Of a stretch of DNA of 32,864 nt, positions 8,387-17,112 are shown piece after piece. The stretch is from assembly GCA_043759805.1 (NCBI GenBank), contig JAYUPZ010000498.1:1-32864 (forward strand), given 5' to 3'. Below the pieces are notes generated by a model, which worked only from the letters and a program-made list of their open reading frames with translations, ran no database searches and was not told the DNA's origin. The position numbers and the translations under genes were made by a program. The DNA comes from Myxococcales bacterium (GTDB taxonomy: Bacteria; Myxococcota_A; Polyangia; Fen-1088). Each line of letters begins with the position of its first letter. Within the stretch, counting starts at the first letter, position 1.

Positions 8387-9844
8387 CTATTTCAGAAATC
8401 GCCCCAAAATTTCGCTGACCGCCTTGGGATTGGCCTTGCCGCCGGTCTGCTTCATGATCTGACCGACAAAAAAGCCCTGCAGCTTTTTGTCGCCCGCGCG
8501 GAATCGGGCAACCTCGTCTGAATTGGCTGCCACAACCTGCGCACAGATCCCTTCGAGCTCTCCCGAATCGGAGACCTGTGCAAGGCCATCGCGTTGCACG
8601 ATGGCAGCGGCCGTCAGGCGCTCGTCCCACATCTTGGCAAAAACTTCTTTGCCAAGCTTTCCCGACAAGGTGCCCTTTTCGATCAACATCACGAGCTCGG
8701 CAAGGTTCAAGGGTGGGATCGGGAAGCCCGCATCGGCGAGTTCAAGGGGATCCGTCACACGGGAAAGCAGTTCGTTCATCACCCAGTTCGCGAGTCGCTT
8801 GCCGAGATCTTTCATGCCCGGCTGTGTCAGGGCAGCATCAAAGTAGCTGCCTATCTCGCGTTCGGCCGACAGGACGACAGCATCTTGCTCTGGAAGACCC
8901 AGCGTTTGTTGGTAGCGGGCCATGCGCGCCATCGGAAGCTCAGGCAAACGCGAACGCGCATCGGCGAGCCAGGCCTCGTCGACATGAACCGGTGGCAGAT
9001 CCGGCTCCGGGAAATATCGGTAATCGTGTGCGTCCTCTTTCGATCGCATGGACTGCGAGACACCCCGGTTCGCATCCCAGAGGCGCGTCTCCTGCACGAT
9101 CTTTTCGCCGCGCTCAAGCAACGCTGCCTGCCGGTGAATTTCGTGAACAATTGCGTCCTTGACGTTCTTGAACGAGTTGATGTTTTTCAACTCCGCACGC
9201 GTTCCGTAGGGGACCGTACCGCGGGGACGTATGGACACGTTGGCATCGCACCGCAACGATCCTTCTTCCATGTTGCCATCGCAAATGCCCAGCGTTCGCA
9301 CGAGAACGCGCAAGGCGCGCACGTATTCTGCCGCCTCTTCCGCCGATCGCAGATCCGGCTCACTCACCACTTCACACAAAGGCACCCCGGCACGGTTGTA
9401 GTCAACCAGGCTCCGACCATCGGAGGCGTGGATGTTTTTACCCGCGTCTTCTTCCATATGAATGCGGGTCAACGCCACCCGGTGCGACTTGCCCTCGAAT
9501 AGAAACTCGATTCCGCCCCCTTCGATAATCGGTTCGTCAAACTGCGAGATCTGGTAGCCCTTCGGCAAGTCCGGATAGAAATAGTGTTTGCGCGAAAAAC
9601 GGCATTCGGGTCGAACGCGTCCGCCAACGGCAAGGCCAAGCCGAACAGCCATGTCAACCGCAGCACGGTTCAGGCGGGGCAAGGTCCCTGGCAACGCCAG
9701 GACCAGCGGATCGGTTGCGCCGTTGGGCGCGATCCCAAACGCAGCACTAGAGGGAGAAAAGATTTTGGTTTTCGTCGCAAGTTGAACGTGGACCTCAAGG
9801 CCTATCACGGGCTCCCAGCGCGACAAGACATCTGCGAGGCTCAT
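8387..9844 (-). CDS. gatB: Asp-tRNA(Asn)/Glu-tRNA(Gln) amidotransferase subunit B
   Basis: 485 aa with a GatB-typical N-terminus (WEPVIGLEVHVQL), YFYPDLPKGYQISQ, and a C-terminal YqeY-like tail (GFFVGQIMKQTGGKANPK). Its ATG overlaps the gatA TGA (ATGA at 9841-9844). Confidence 0.95.
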   Translation of the reverse strand: MSLADVLSRWEPVIGLEVHVQLATKTKIFSPSSAAFGIAPNGATDPLVLALPGTLPRLNRAAVDMAVRLGLAVGGRVRPECRFSRKHYFYPDLPKGYQISQFDEPIIEGGGIEFLFEGKSHRVALTRIHMEEDAGKNIHASDGRSLVDYNRAGVPLCEVVSEPDLRSAEEAAEYVRALRVLVRTLGICDGNMEEGSLRCDANVSIRPRGTVPYGTRAELKNINSFKNVKDAIVHEIHRQAALLERGEKIVQETRLWDANRGVSQSMRSKEDAHDYRYFPEPDLPPVHVDEAWLADARSRLPELPMARMARYQQTLGLPEQDAVVLSAEREIGSYFDAALTQPGMKDLGKRLANWVMNELLSRVTDPLELADAGFPIPPLNLAELVMLIEKGTLSGKLGKEVFAKMWDERLTAAAIVQRDGLAQVSDSGELEGICAQVVAANSDEVARFRAGDKKLQGFFVGQIMKQTGGKANPKAVSEILGRFLK

Positions 9845-11343
9845 GCCACCACCTCCGTCCCAAAGAGGGCTTTCGGTCGCCGTTCATGCCACGACGTGGC
9901 CGCTTCATACGCACCCCCCACCCGGAACAGGGTCTCTTCATGGAGGGGAGGCGCAATCAATTGCCATCCGATGGGCAACCCCGCGGACGAGAACCCGCAG
10001 GGCTGTGACAGGGCAGGTAGACCCGCTAGCGATGGACCCACGGTGTACACATCGGCCAGATAAAGGGCCAGAGGATCCGAAATCTTTTCCCCGATCTTGA
10101 AAGCGCTGATGGGCGAGGTCGGGGTCGCGATGACGTCGCAGCTTGCAAAGGCGGACTGAAAGTCTTCCGTGATCTTGCGCCTCACCTTTTGCGCCTTTCC
10201 GTAATACGCATCGTAGTAACCCGAACGCAACACATAGGTTCCCAGCATGATGCGGCGCTTGGGCTCGCTGCCGAATCCTTCGCCGCGGCTGCGGGCATAA
10301 AGTTCCTCCAGGCTGCCAATGTTGGTGGCGCGGTGGCCAAAGCGAATGCCGTCGTAACGCGCGAGATTGGAGGCTGCCTCGGCGGTGGAAATCAAATAGT
10401 AGGCCGCAACGGCATATCGGGTATGCGGCAGGGAAACCGGTACCACCGTGGCGCCGGCTTGCCGGATCGTTTCAACCGCAGCACGAACAGCCGCTTCGAT
10501 CTCCGGCTCAAGTCCTTCCGAAAAATATTCTTCGGGGACACCCACCCGCAATCCACTCACGCCGCCTGCACAGGCCTGTACATAGTTGCCGACGGGCGCC
10601 GCTATGCTTGTCGAATCGTTGGGATCGTGTCCTGCCATCGCCGACAGCATCCAAGCGGCATCGCGAATGGTTCGGCCGAAAGGGCCGGGGTGATCAAGCG
10701 ACGACGCAAATGCGATGACACCCCAGCGTGACACTCGACCATAGGTCGCCTTGACACCCGTAACGCCACACAAAGCCGCGGGCTGACGAATCGAGCCTCC
10801 GGTATCCGTGCCAAGGCTTGCCACACATAACCCTGCCGCCACCGCCGCGGCCGATCCGCCGGACGATCCGCCTGGCACGCGCGCAGGGTCCCAGGGGTTG
10901 CGAACGGGACCGAATGCACTGTTTTCGTTGGAAGAACCCATCGCAAACTCATCCATGTTGAGTTTGCCAAGACCAATCGCACCGGCGGCGGAAAGACGGG
11001 CCGTGACGGTGCTTTCGTAAGGCGGAATGAAGCCTTTTAGAATTTTGGAGGCGCAGGTGGTCTCGATGCCTTCTGTGCAAAAAATGTCTTTAATCCCTAT
11101 CGGTACGCCGGCAAGGGGACCAACCGTAGCACCTGACGCGACCGCGGCGTCCACGTCATCGCTCCGTCGTCGGGCTCCGTCGGCATCGACCCGCAAGTAA
11201 CACCCGAGCGTGCCGTCGTGCTTCGCTATCCTGTCGAGATAACAATCCACCAGCTCCCGCGCGCGCACCTGCCCGCTGCGAACTGCCGTCGCAATCTCGG
11301 CAACGTGCCCCGAGGCAACCAGACTTTCCACCCGCGAAGACAT
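9841..11343 (-). CDS. gatA: Asp-tRNA(Asn)/Glu-tRNA(Gln) amidotransferase subunit A
   Basis: Amidase signature GGSSGGSAAAVAAG plus GTDTGGSIRQPAA. ATG at 11343 (a TTG one codon upstream at 11346 is the alternative start). It overlaps the gatC stop by 1 nt (TGATG). Confidence 0.95.
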   Translation of the reverse strand: MSSRVESLVASGHVAEIATAVRSGQVRARELVDCYLDRIAKHDGTLGCYLRVDADGARRRSDDVDAAVASGATVGPLAGVPIGIKDIFCTEGIETTCASKILKGFIPPYESTVTARLSAAGAIGLGKLNMDEFAMGSSNENSAFGPVRNPWDPARVPGGSSGGSAAAVAAGLCVASLGTDTGGSIRQPAALCGVTGVKATYGRVSRWGVIAFASSLDHPGPFGRTIRDAAWMLSAMAGHDPNDSTSIAAPVGNYVQACAGGVSGLRVGVPEEYFSEGLEPEIEAAVRAAVETIRQAGATVVPVSLPHTRYAVAAYYLISTAEAASNLARYDGIRFGHRATNIGSLEELYARSRGEGFGSEPKRRIMLGTYVLRSGYYDAYYGKAQKVRRKITEDFQSAFASCDVIATPTSPISAFKIGEKISDPLALYLADVYTVGPSLAGLPALSQPCGFSSAGLPIGWQLIAPPLHEETLFRVGGAYEAATSWHERRPKALFGTEVVA

Positions 11344-11672
11344 CAACGCGTCCCCCCCGTTTTTTCGGTTCGACCATCGCTCTTTGGAACGATCCGGGGC
11401 ACCTCGAAAAATCGGTCATCCTTGCAAGGTGCATTGGCCAGCACGGCCTCGATGGGCAGCGAGGGCTCAAGCTCGTCTTTGCGCAAGGGGCAGGAAAACC
11501 CAACCGCGTGGGTCAGGGGTTCAACCCCCGTGGTATCGAGGGCTTGAATCTGGTCGATATACGACAGCACAGCCTCCAACTCGCCGCGCATGCGCTCGGC
11601 CTCGTCTCCTTCAAGTTGCAGACGACTCAAGGTCGCGAGCTCTTCGACTTCTTTTATGGTGATGCGTGACAT
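11343..11672 (-). CDS. gatC: Asp-tRNA(Asn)/Glu-tRNA(Gln) amidotransferase subunit C
   Basis: Start at ATG 11672 (MSRITIKEVEELATLSRLQLEGDEAERMRGELEAVLSYIDQIQALDTTGVEP), a typical GatC sequence. First gene of the gatCAB operon. The ORF opens further upstream at 11720. Confidence 0.85.
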   Translation of the reverse strand: MSRITIKEVEELATLSRLQLEGDEAERMRGELEAVLSYIDQIQALDTTGVEPLTHAVGFSCPLRKDELEPSLPIEAVLANAPCKDDRFFEVPRIVPKSDGRTEKTGGTR

Positions 11673-11751
11673 GGCTGTTCCGGGGGACGGTAAAATGCCC
11701 TTCGCGCACACTTTTACCAATCTTTCTGCGGCAATGGCGGCGCAAGTGGCT

Positions 11752-11775
11752 GGCTTTCGAAAGCCGCCGTATAAT
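11752..11775 (+). promoter_or_regulatory. Perfect 14-bp palindrome GGCTTTCGAAAGCC followed by a consensus -10 hexamer TATAAT
   Basis: Palindrome at 11752-11765 and TATAAT at 11770-11775, in the 164-bp divergent gatC / lipoprotein intergenic region, 61 nt upstream of ATG 11837. No good -35 element seen. Confidence 0.25.
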
Positions 11776-11836
11776 TGAGTTTCTTCGCGCGTCCGCGCTT
11801 GCGGTCGTATCCACCAGTGGTAAAAACATTTCCCCC

Positions 11837-12709
11837 ATGCGCACCCTGATGAACCTCGGCAAGACGACCTTCGCGGCCGTCATTTGTCTGCTGTTCCCAG
11901 CCTGCGATGGTGCGGAGCGGCCTGTGGACGCATCGTCACGAGCCACCGAAGAGACCGTTTCCGTTGCCGTCCGTATCGACGGAAGGGCCGGAACCACACC
12001 CTCGGCTTCTTTCGTGGCCTTTAGGGGTGCCACCGGGACCATGACCGCGGCCGAAGTTCTGGCGTCGGTCGATCCGCTCTTTGCCGCCCCTCCGACTGCC
12101 GGTTGCGTCGTTCGGGCCCTGGACGCCAACTCGGCAACCCTGCTCGCGCGGTCGGCCAGTGTCGAACTTGCGGCCTTAACCCAGTTCACGCTTGCGGTGG
12201 ACGAAGGCGCGCCGATTCGTCCGGTCCCCGCAGTTTATCCCGATTTGGCTGGTATCGCCTCCGGCATCGTGGCTGAAGCGGGGCCTGTCATTCTGTTAGA
12301 TTCACCGAAGACACTCCTAATGCGATTCGACACGGAGTCCGTCGGGACCCCAATTGCGCTGCCGACGTTGCCGACGGCAACCGACGCAAACGGTGAAACG
12401 CTGACCGAAGGCAGCCGAATTGACGTGTCCCGGGACCACCTGTTGAAGATTGTGGGTCCATCTGGTGCATTTGTTGAAATCCGACCTTTCGGTACCACCG
12501 AATGGCTTGCTTGTACGGCCAATGCCGACGGTAAAGTACTGTTGCCGGGCGCCGCTCTGCAACGACTTGCCCGCTTTGCAGGTGCGATCCCGGTTTCATT
12601 GGATGTCGTTTGGCGCGATCAGCGGGTGACCACCGTCGAGGGCATTGCCAACCGCATCAACGTCTCCATCGAACTGCGTTCGTCAGCCCTCGTCGGGCTT
12701 TCACTGTGA
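11837..12709 (+). CDS. Hypothetical lipoprotein-like protein
   Basis: The ORF opens at 11666. ATG 11837 gives MRTLMNLGKTTFAAVICLLFPAC, a signal peptide ending in Cys. The rest is Ala/Thr/Val-rich and beta-like with no known motif. Its TGA (12707-12709) overlaps a possible GTG start of the PilZ gene. Confidence 0.6.
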   Translation: MRTLMNLGKTTFAAVICLLFPACDGAERPVDASSRATEETVSVAVRIDGRAGTTPSASFVAFRGATGTMTAAEVLASVDPLFAAPPTAGCVVRALDANSATLLARSASVELAALTQFTLAVDEGAPIRPVPAVYPDLAGIASGIVAEAGPVILLDSPKTLLMRFDTESVGTPIALPTLPTATDANGETLTEGSRIDVSRDHLLKIVGPSGAFVEIRPFGTTEWLACTANADGKVLLPGAALQRLARFAGAIPVSLDVVWRDQRVTTVEGIANRINVSIELRSSALVGLSL

Positions 12710-12723
12710 CCGGTGGTAGCGAC

Positions 12724-13083
12724 ATGCGGCGACACGATCGCCGCCGAGCCGGATTTGAAGTCATGGTGGGAACGCCCCACGGTCCCCGGGTCGCCGGAGA
12801 CATTCAACTCGACGCGGCCGATCTTTCCGAAGGCGGTGCGTTCTTGCGTTCGGACCTCTTGTTTGAGGAAGGCGAAACGCTGGTTCTTGACATCCCTTTG
12901 CCCTCTGGGAAAAATATTTCCGCCGAAGGTCGGGTTGTGCGCGTCGACCGAACCGAAAGTGGAAAAGCCGGCATGGGCATCGCTTTTACCCGCCTCGATG
13001 AGACCGATCGACGGATCCTGTCTGCCAATCTCAAAATGCTTATGGCCTCGACAGCCAAACCTCGCCCTGGCAAAAAGCCCTGA
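12724..13083 (+). CDS. PilZ domain protein (predicted c-di-GMP receptor)
   Basis: MRRHDRRR carries the RxxxR motif. DLSEGG (D/NxSxxG) follows 27 residues later. Single-domain protein of ~119 aa. An alternative GTG start at 12706 forms a GTGA overlap with the upstream stop. Confidence 0.8.
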   Translation: MRRHDRRRAGFEVMVGTPHGPRVAGDIQLDAADLSEGGAFLRSDLLFEEGETLVLDIPLPSGKNISAEGRVVRVDRTESGKAGMGIAFTRLDETDRRILSANLKMLMASTAKPRPGKKP

Positions 13084-13120
13084 GCGAACAGTTCCCTTCC
13101 CCCTTTAACCACGAAGAGCC

Positions 13121-13453
13121 ATGGCTGAAACACTCGACGAACTCACCTACGACTACGAAGATCAGGGCGTTCTCGTCCGCAAGCAACTTGCCAAGGAGGT
13201 TCTCACCAAGGGCACCTGGGCAACGATGATGTTTCTCTACCAGGAACTCGACAAGACCAAGAACATCATGCGATCGCCCAAGATGGCCATCGTGCGCTTC
13301 AAGAAGTTCAAGGGTGCTTACCGCAAGCAGTCCTCCTTCAACGTTTCAAGCGAGAAGCAAGCTCGGCAAATCACGGAGGTCTTCGAGAAGTGGTATCCCC
13401 TGATGACCGAGTCTGCGGACACGCCGGCTGATGGCGGCGACGAAGCCGAGTAG
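13121..13453 (+). CDS. Hypothetical small Lys-rich protein with acidic tail (110 aa)
   Basis: Clean ATG-to-TAG ORF. Strong codon bias: all 12 Lys codons are AAG, 6 of 8 Leu are CTC, 4 of 5 Phe are TTC. No motif recognised. Confidence 0.7.
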   Translation: MAETLDELTYDYEDQGVLVRKQLAKEVLTKGTWATMMFLYQELDKTKNIMRSPKMAIVRFKKFKGAYRKQSSFNVSSEKQARQITEVFEKWYPLMTESADTPADGGDEAE

Positions 13454-13482
13454 GCGGCGTCTTGGGTGCATCCGCCCCAGTC

Positions 13483-15147
13483 TCAGCGCTTCAACAGCTT
13501 ATTGAAAAAGCCGCCGCTCTTCTCTTCTTTCTTGGCTTCCGGCGGATGAGCGGTTTTGCGGCGCATCTCAATGAGGCGAAGCTCACGCTCGGCTTCGATG
13601 AAACGTGGATCCTTTTCCAAACAGCTTCGATAGGCTTTTTCGGCCGCTTCGAGGTTGCCCATATTCTTGTGGATCTCGCCTTGCCAGAACACGCCACGAA
13701 TAAAATGGGGGCGTTCCTTGCAGGCCTCTGTGATCAAACGCTGTGTTTCACCGGATAGTGCGGATCGACGCGCTGGCGTCTCAAGATAACGGGCCCACGC
13801 CAGATACGCACGGTACTCCGTCTCGGAGTGATTCAGCTGTACGGCCTGATTGAAAAGCACGAGCGCGTTTTTCACATCGCCTCGAAACAGGGCCGATTCG
13901 CCTTCCTTGAAGATTCGTTCTGCGTCGAGAATGTCGCGCGCGTTTTCCGTATCACTTTTTTCGCCACGCAACTTGCGGACATAATCTTTGCGCCGCTGCG
14001 GATCGGTAAGAACGTGTTTACCCTCGCCGAGTCTCGCCATGATGGCCTCGGCCTTGGCGCCCAGATCAAGCAATCCCATGCCGCCGAGGCGGTCGGGGTG
14101 GAAGGTCTTCACCGCACGCATATACGAAGCTTCGACCTGCTCCGGCGTTGCCGACTCGGACAGCTCGAGCAACTGAAAATGCGTTGCACCGCCAAGCGAC
14201 GCATGCAATTCCTCGATCCGCTTTCGCAACACAACGCCCCCAACCGAGGTCGCAGCGGAGGGGATTGTCTCCACGGCGCGCAAGGGCGCACCATCATCGG
14301 GAGCCGCAGGCAAGGGCGACATCCGCGGCGCACGTTCGAAGCGATCGGATGACAGGGTCGAAAGGCCCTGGGTCGAGTGTAACGGTTGCTTGCTTCCGTC
14401 GGGCAGTTCGCGTTCAGTCTGCAACAAGTCGGCATACAGGAGCGCCAACACAGCGGCCCTTGCCTCTGCGGGCCGAGATACAGCGTCCGCTATGTCCGCA
14501 ACATGCAAGGGACCTGCGGCAAGTCGGCGTACGATCGGATCCGTGGACGACATGCCCATGGATTCAATGAACCCGGGTGGCAATTTGATAAGTTTGAAAG
14601 TGTAACCGTCAAGCGGCGCAAGTTCGGCAACCAGACGCGCATCGTCATACGCCGTACGGATCCCCTGGTAGAGCAGGCTGCGCGGATCGACCCGAGTTCG
14701 CTCGAAATCGTCACCGCGACCAAAATCGTGTTCGGCGACTGTGACGGTAAAGGTGCCTTTGCGCATGAAAAACATGCGTTTGAGCTTGCGCCGCAATTGC
14801 GCCCTCACCGATTCGTGCAGTACGCGGGGATCGACGGCACCGAGCTCAATAAGCACCTCGCCGAGGCGCTTGCCGGTTTGCTCCATCGTTTGTTCGGCGC
14901 GCGCGATGACCGCTTTCGAGACAAGACCCGTATCGACAAGGATCCTATCCAGGCGATCGAGATCATTTGAGCCGTCGATGTGTACTGCGCAACCTTCACG
15001 GAGATACAACAGGCTCGTGTCGTTGGATTCGTCGGTTATCGAGGCGGTTCCCGTAACGCGCTTGCGATACAGCTGTAGCATCAGCCGGGGGAAAGGCCTT
15101 CGTTCGAGATCGCCGTGGGCCGAAAGCGCTGGAGTCGGGGGTAGCAT
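13483..15147 (-). CDS. PATAN/DUF4388 - J domain - TPR protein
   Basis: The N-terminal GDLERRPFPRLMLQLYRKRVTGTASITDESNDTSLLYLREGCAVHI...RLGEVLIELGAVDP pattern is typical of DUF4388. J domain with HPD (YMRAVKTFHPDRLGG...LTDPQRRKDYV). C-terminal TPR-like helices (GDVKNALVLFNQAVQLNHSETEYRAYLAWA; NLEAAEKAYRSCLEKDPRFIEAE). Confidence 0.8.
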   Translation of the reverse strand: MLPPTPALSAHGDLERRPFPRLMLQLYRKRVTGTASITDESNDTSLLYLREGCAVHIDGSNDLDRLDRILVDTGLVSKAVIARAEQTMEQTGKRLGEVLIELGAVDPRVLHESVRAQLRRKLKRMFFMRKGTFTVTVAEHDFGRGDDFERTRVDPRSLLYQGIRTAYDDARLVAELAPLDGYTFKLIKLPPGFIESMGMSSTDPIVRRLAAGPLHVADIADAVSRPAEARAAVLALLYADLLQTERELPDGSKQPLHSTQGLSTLSSDRFERAPRMSPLPAAPDDGAPLRAVETIPSAATSVGGVVLRKRIEELHASLGGATHFQLLELSESATPEQVEASYMRAVKTFHPDRLGGMGLLDLGAKAEAIMARLGEGKHVLTDPQRRKDYVRKLRGEKSDTENARDILDAERIFKEGESALFRGDVKNALVLFNQAVQLNHSETEYRAYLAWARYLETPARRSALSGETQRLITEACKERPHFIRGVFWQGEIHKNMGNLEAAEKAYRSCLEKDPRFIEAERELRLIEMRRKTAHPPEAKKEEKSGGFFNKLLKR

Positions 15148-15258
15148 CGTTTATCTAGATCAGAATGGTTTCACAGTTTTGGTTCACTCGCTAGCCCAGA
15201 CGCGTCTACTCTCAAGGTAGGCTGGGCAGCTTTCTGTGATCCCATCGGCGGGATAACA

Positions 15259-16260
15259 TTGGAAATTGACAGTGGAATCCGATTCGAGCGTATCTTTGGC
15301 CCCGTGGGCATTGCGCTCTTTTGTAACCCGCGTTCGCACCGCAACCGTAAGAACCCGGAGGGGATCGAAGCGCTGCGACGTGCCATCGGTGATACCGGCG
15401 AGGTTCTGACCCCTACGCCCGAGGATCTCCCCTCGACGGCGCGCCGTTTGGCCAAAAACCCGCCTTCGGTGCTCGCGATCCACGGGGGCGACGGTACCGT
15501 CCACGCCACCCTTTCCCAGCTTTTACCCGCGTTTGGTGAAAAACCCCTTCCCCCTCTGGCCTTGCTAACCGGCGGCACCATGAACGTGGTGCCCCGCTCG
15601 CTTGGCCTGGTGGATGATCCCACGCGTTTCGCCACAAAGCTGGCTGATGGATTCCGACGGGGTCGAGTGCCCGTTACGATTCCGCGCCGCTGCCTCCAGA
15701 TCGGGCCGCAGTTTGGGTTCGTCTTTGCGAACGGTGTCTTCGCGACCTTTATGGAAGAGTACTACCGGACGGGATCCTATGGCCACGCTCGGGCCACCTG
15801 GGTGGTTGCGAGAATCGCAGTGTCGACCCTCTTCGGCACCCGTTACCGCAGGCAAATCCTTCGCCCCTTTCGGGGCCGAGCGACCATCGATGGGGACCTC
15901 CTAGACCCCGAAACTTTCACGGCAATCAGCGCCGCGACCGTCACCCAGGTCGGAATGGGATTCAAGCTCAACCATCGGGCCGACGAGGATCTGAACCGCA
16001 TGAGCGTCGTCGCTGCCCGAGCCCTACCCAACCTTTGGGACATTGTCTCCATTGCTCGGGGCAAAGGCATCTCGCAGCGCCGCGCCAGCACCCATGTGGC
16101 GGCACAGATGCGACTTCTGCCCGAAAACGACACCATGATCTACACCATCGACGGCGACATGTACCGAACCGAGAACGAACTCGTCGTTCAAACGGGGCCG
16201 CTGCTGCAACTGATTTGCCCGAATCCTCCGGTGGCATTAGCATCCAAGTCCACCCCATGA
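15259..16260 (+). CDS. Diacylglycerol/lipid kinase family (DAGK catalytic domain) protein
   Basis: GIALFCNPRSHRN followed by VLAIHGGDGTVHATLSQLL (GGDGT motif) and LLTGGTMNVVPRSLG. Start uncertain: TTG 15259 or GTG 15304. The stop overlaps the PP2C ATG. Confidence 0.7.
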   Translation: MEIDSGIRFERIFGPVGIALFCNPRSHRNRKNPEGIEALRRAIGDTGEVLTPTPEDLPSTARRLAKNPPSVLAIHGGDGTVHATLSQLLPAFGEKPLPPLALLTGGTMNVVPRSLGLVDDPTRFATKLADGFRRGRVPVTIPRRCLQIGPQFGFVFANGVFATFMEEYYRTGSYGHARATWVVARIAVSTLFGTRYRRQILRPFRGRATIDGDLLDPETFTAISAATVTQVGMGFKLNHRADEDLNRMSVVAARALPNLWDIVSIARGKGISQRRASTHVAAQMRLLPENDTMIYTIDGDMYRTENELVVQTGPLLQLICPNPPVALASKSTP

Positions 16261-17048
16261 GTACGTCGTTTCCACTGGATGGTATGAGGGTCCGCTTTGC
16301 CGGTGAGACCAATGTCGGCATGAAGCGCGCCCACAACGAGGACGCCTATTTCCTGCCGAGCGACGAGCGGCTCTGCCTTGTGGCCGATGGCATGGGAGGA
16401 CACGCGTCGGGTGAAGTCGCCAGCAAGATGGCCATCGACACCATCTCAGGATTTTACCGCGATACTTTCGACGAGCAGGAAGTGACCTGGCCCTACAAGA
16501 TGGACCGGGGTTTTCGCCACCACATGAACCGACTGACCACCTCGGTCAAGTTGGCCAACCTCGGCATCCACGAGGAAGCGCAGTCCAATCCCAACTGCAA
16601 GGGCATGGGTACGACGCTTGTCGCCTGTTACTTCCTCGACGATGCGCTCATCATGGCGCACGTCGGCGACAGCCGCATCTACCGACTGCGCGAGGGCCTC
16701 TTCGATCAGCTCACCGAAGATCACTCGCTCCTGAACGATTACATCAAGATGAAACACCTTTCGCCGGAGGAGATCGCGGCATTTCCCCATAAAAACGTGA
16801 TCGTTCGCGCGCTGGGGATGAAGGCGACGGTCCAGGTCGACACGCTCACCGAGCATCCACGCCTCGGCGACATCTACCTGCTTTGTTCGGACGGTCTTTC
16901 GGGCATGTTGCCGGATACGGAAATCGGCGAAATCGTCGCAAGCGAAGACGACATGGACAAACTTTGTGAACGGCTGATTTCGGGTGCGAATGCGCGCGGC
17001 GGGGTCGACAACATCACCTGCGTCGTTGCCCGTATCGAGCGCGAATAG
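16257..17048 (+). CDS. PP2C-family Ser/Thr protein phosphatase
   Basis: Start at ATG 16257 (the ORF opens at 16035 in the same frame). Motifs GETNVGMKRAHNEDAY, VADGMGGHASGEVAS, LLCSDGLSGML, GGVDNITCVVARI. Confidence 0.9.
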   Translation: MSTSFPLDGMRVRFAGETNVGMKRAHNEDAYFLPSDERLCLVADGMGGHASGEVASKMAIDTISGFYRDTFDEQEVTWPYKMDRGFRHHMNRLTTSVKLANLGIHEEAQSNPNCKGMGTTLVACYFLDDALIMAHVGDSRIYRLREGLFDQLTEDHSLLNDYIKMKHLSPEEIAAFPHKNVIVRALGMKATVQVDTLTEHPRLGDIYLLCSDGLSGMLPDTEIGEIVASEDDMDKLCERLISGANARGGVDNITCVVARIERE

Positions 17049-17112
17049 AGCGGGTGAGCCCCGGCACCGGGATGACTCCCCCTCGGGGAATTTTCAGGTA
17101 ATATTCGCGGCC

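Noticed and set aside
8594-9502. 302-aa plus-strand ORF opposite gatB. Similar cases: 280-1002(-) opposite the TPR gene, 17014-17862(-) opposite the methyltransferase, 18666-19349(-) and 19746-20369(-) opposite glnE, 3686-4303(-) and 3770-4381(+) inside the Cys-rich region
   Set aside because: They overlap genes with unmistakable conserved motifs on the other strand or frame. Their composition is typical of high-GC shadow ORFs.
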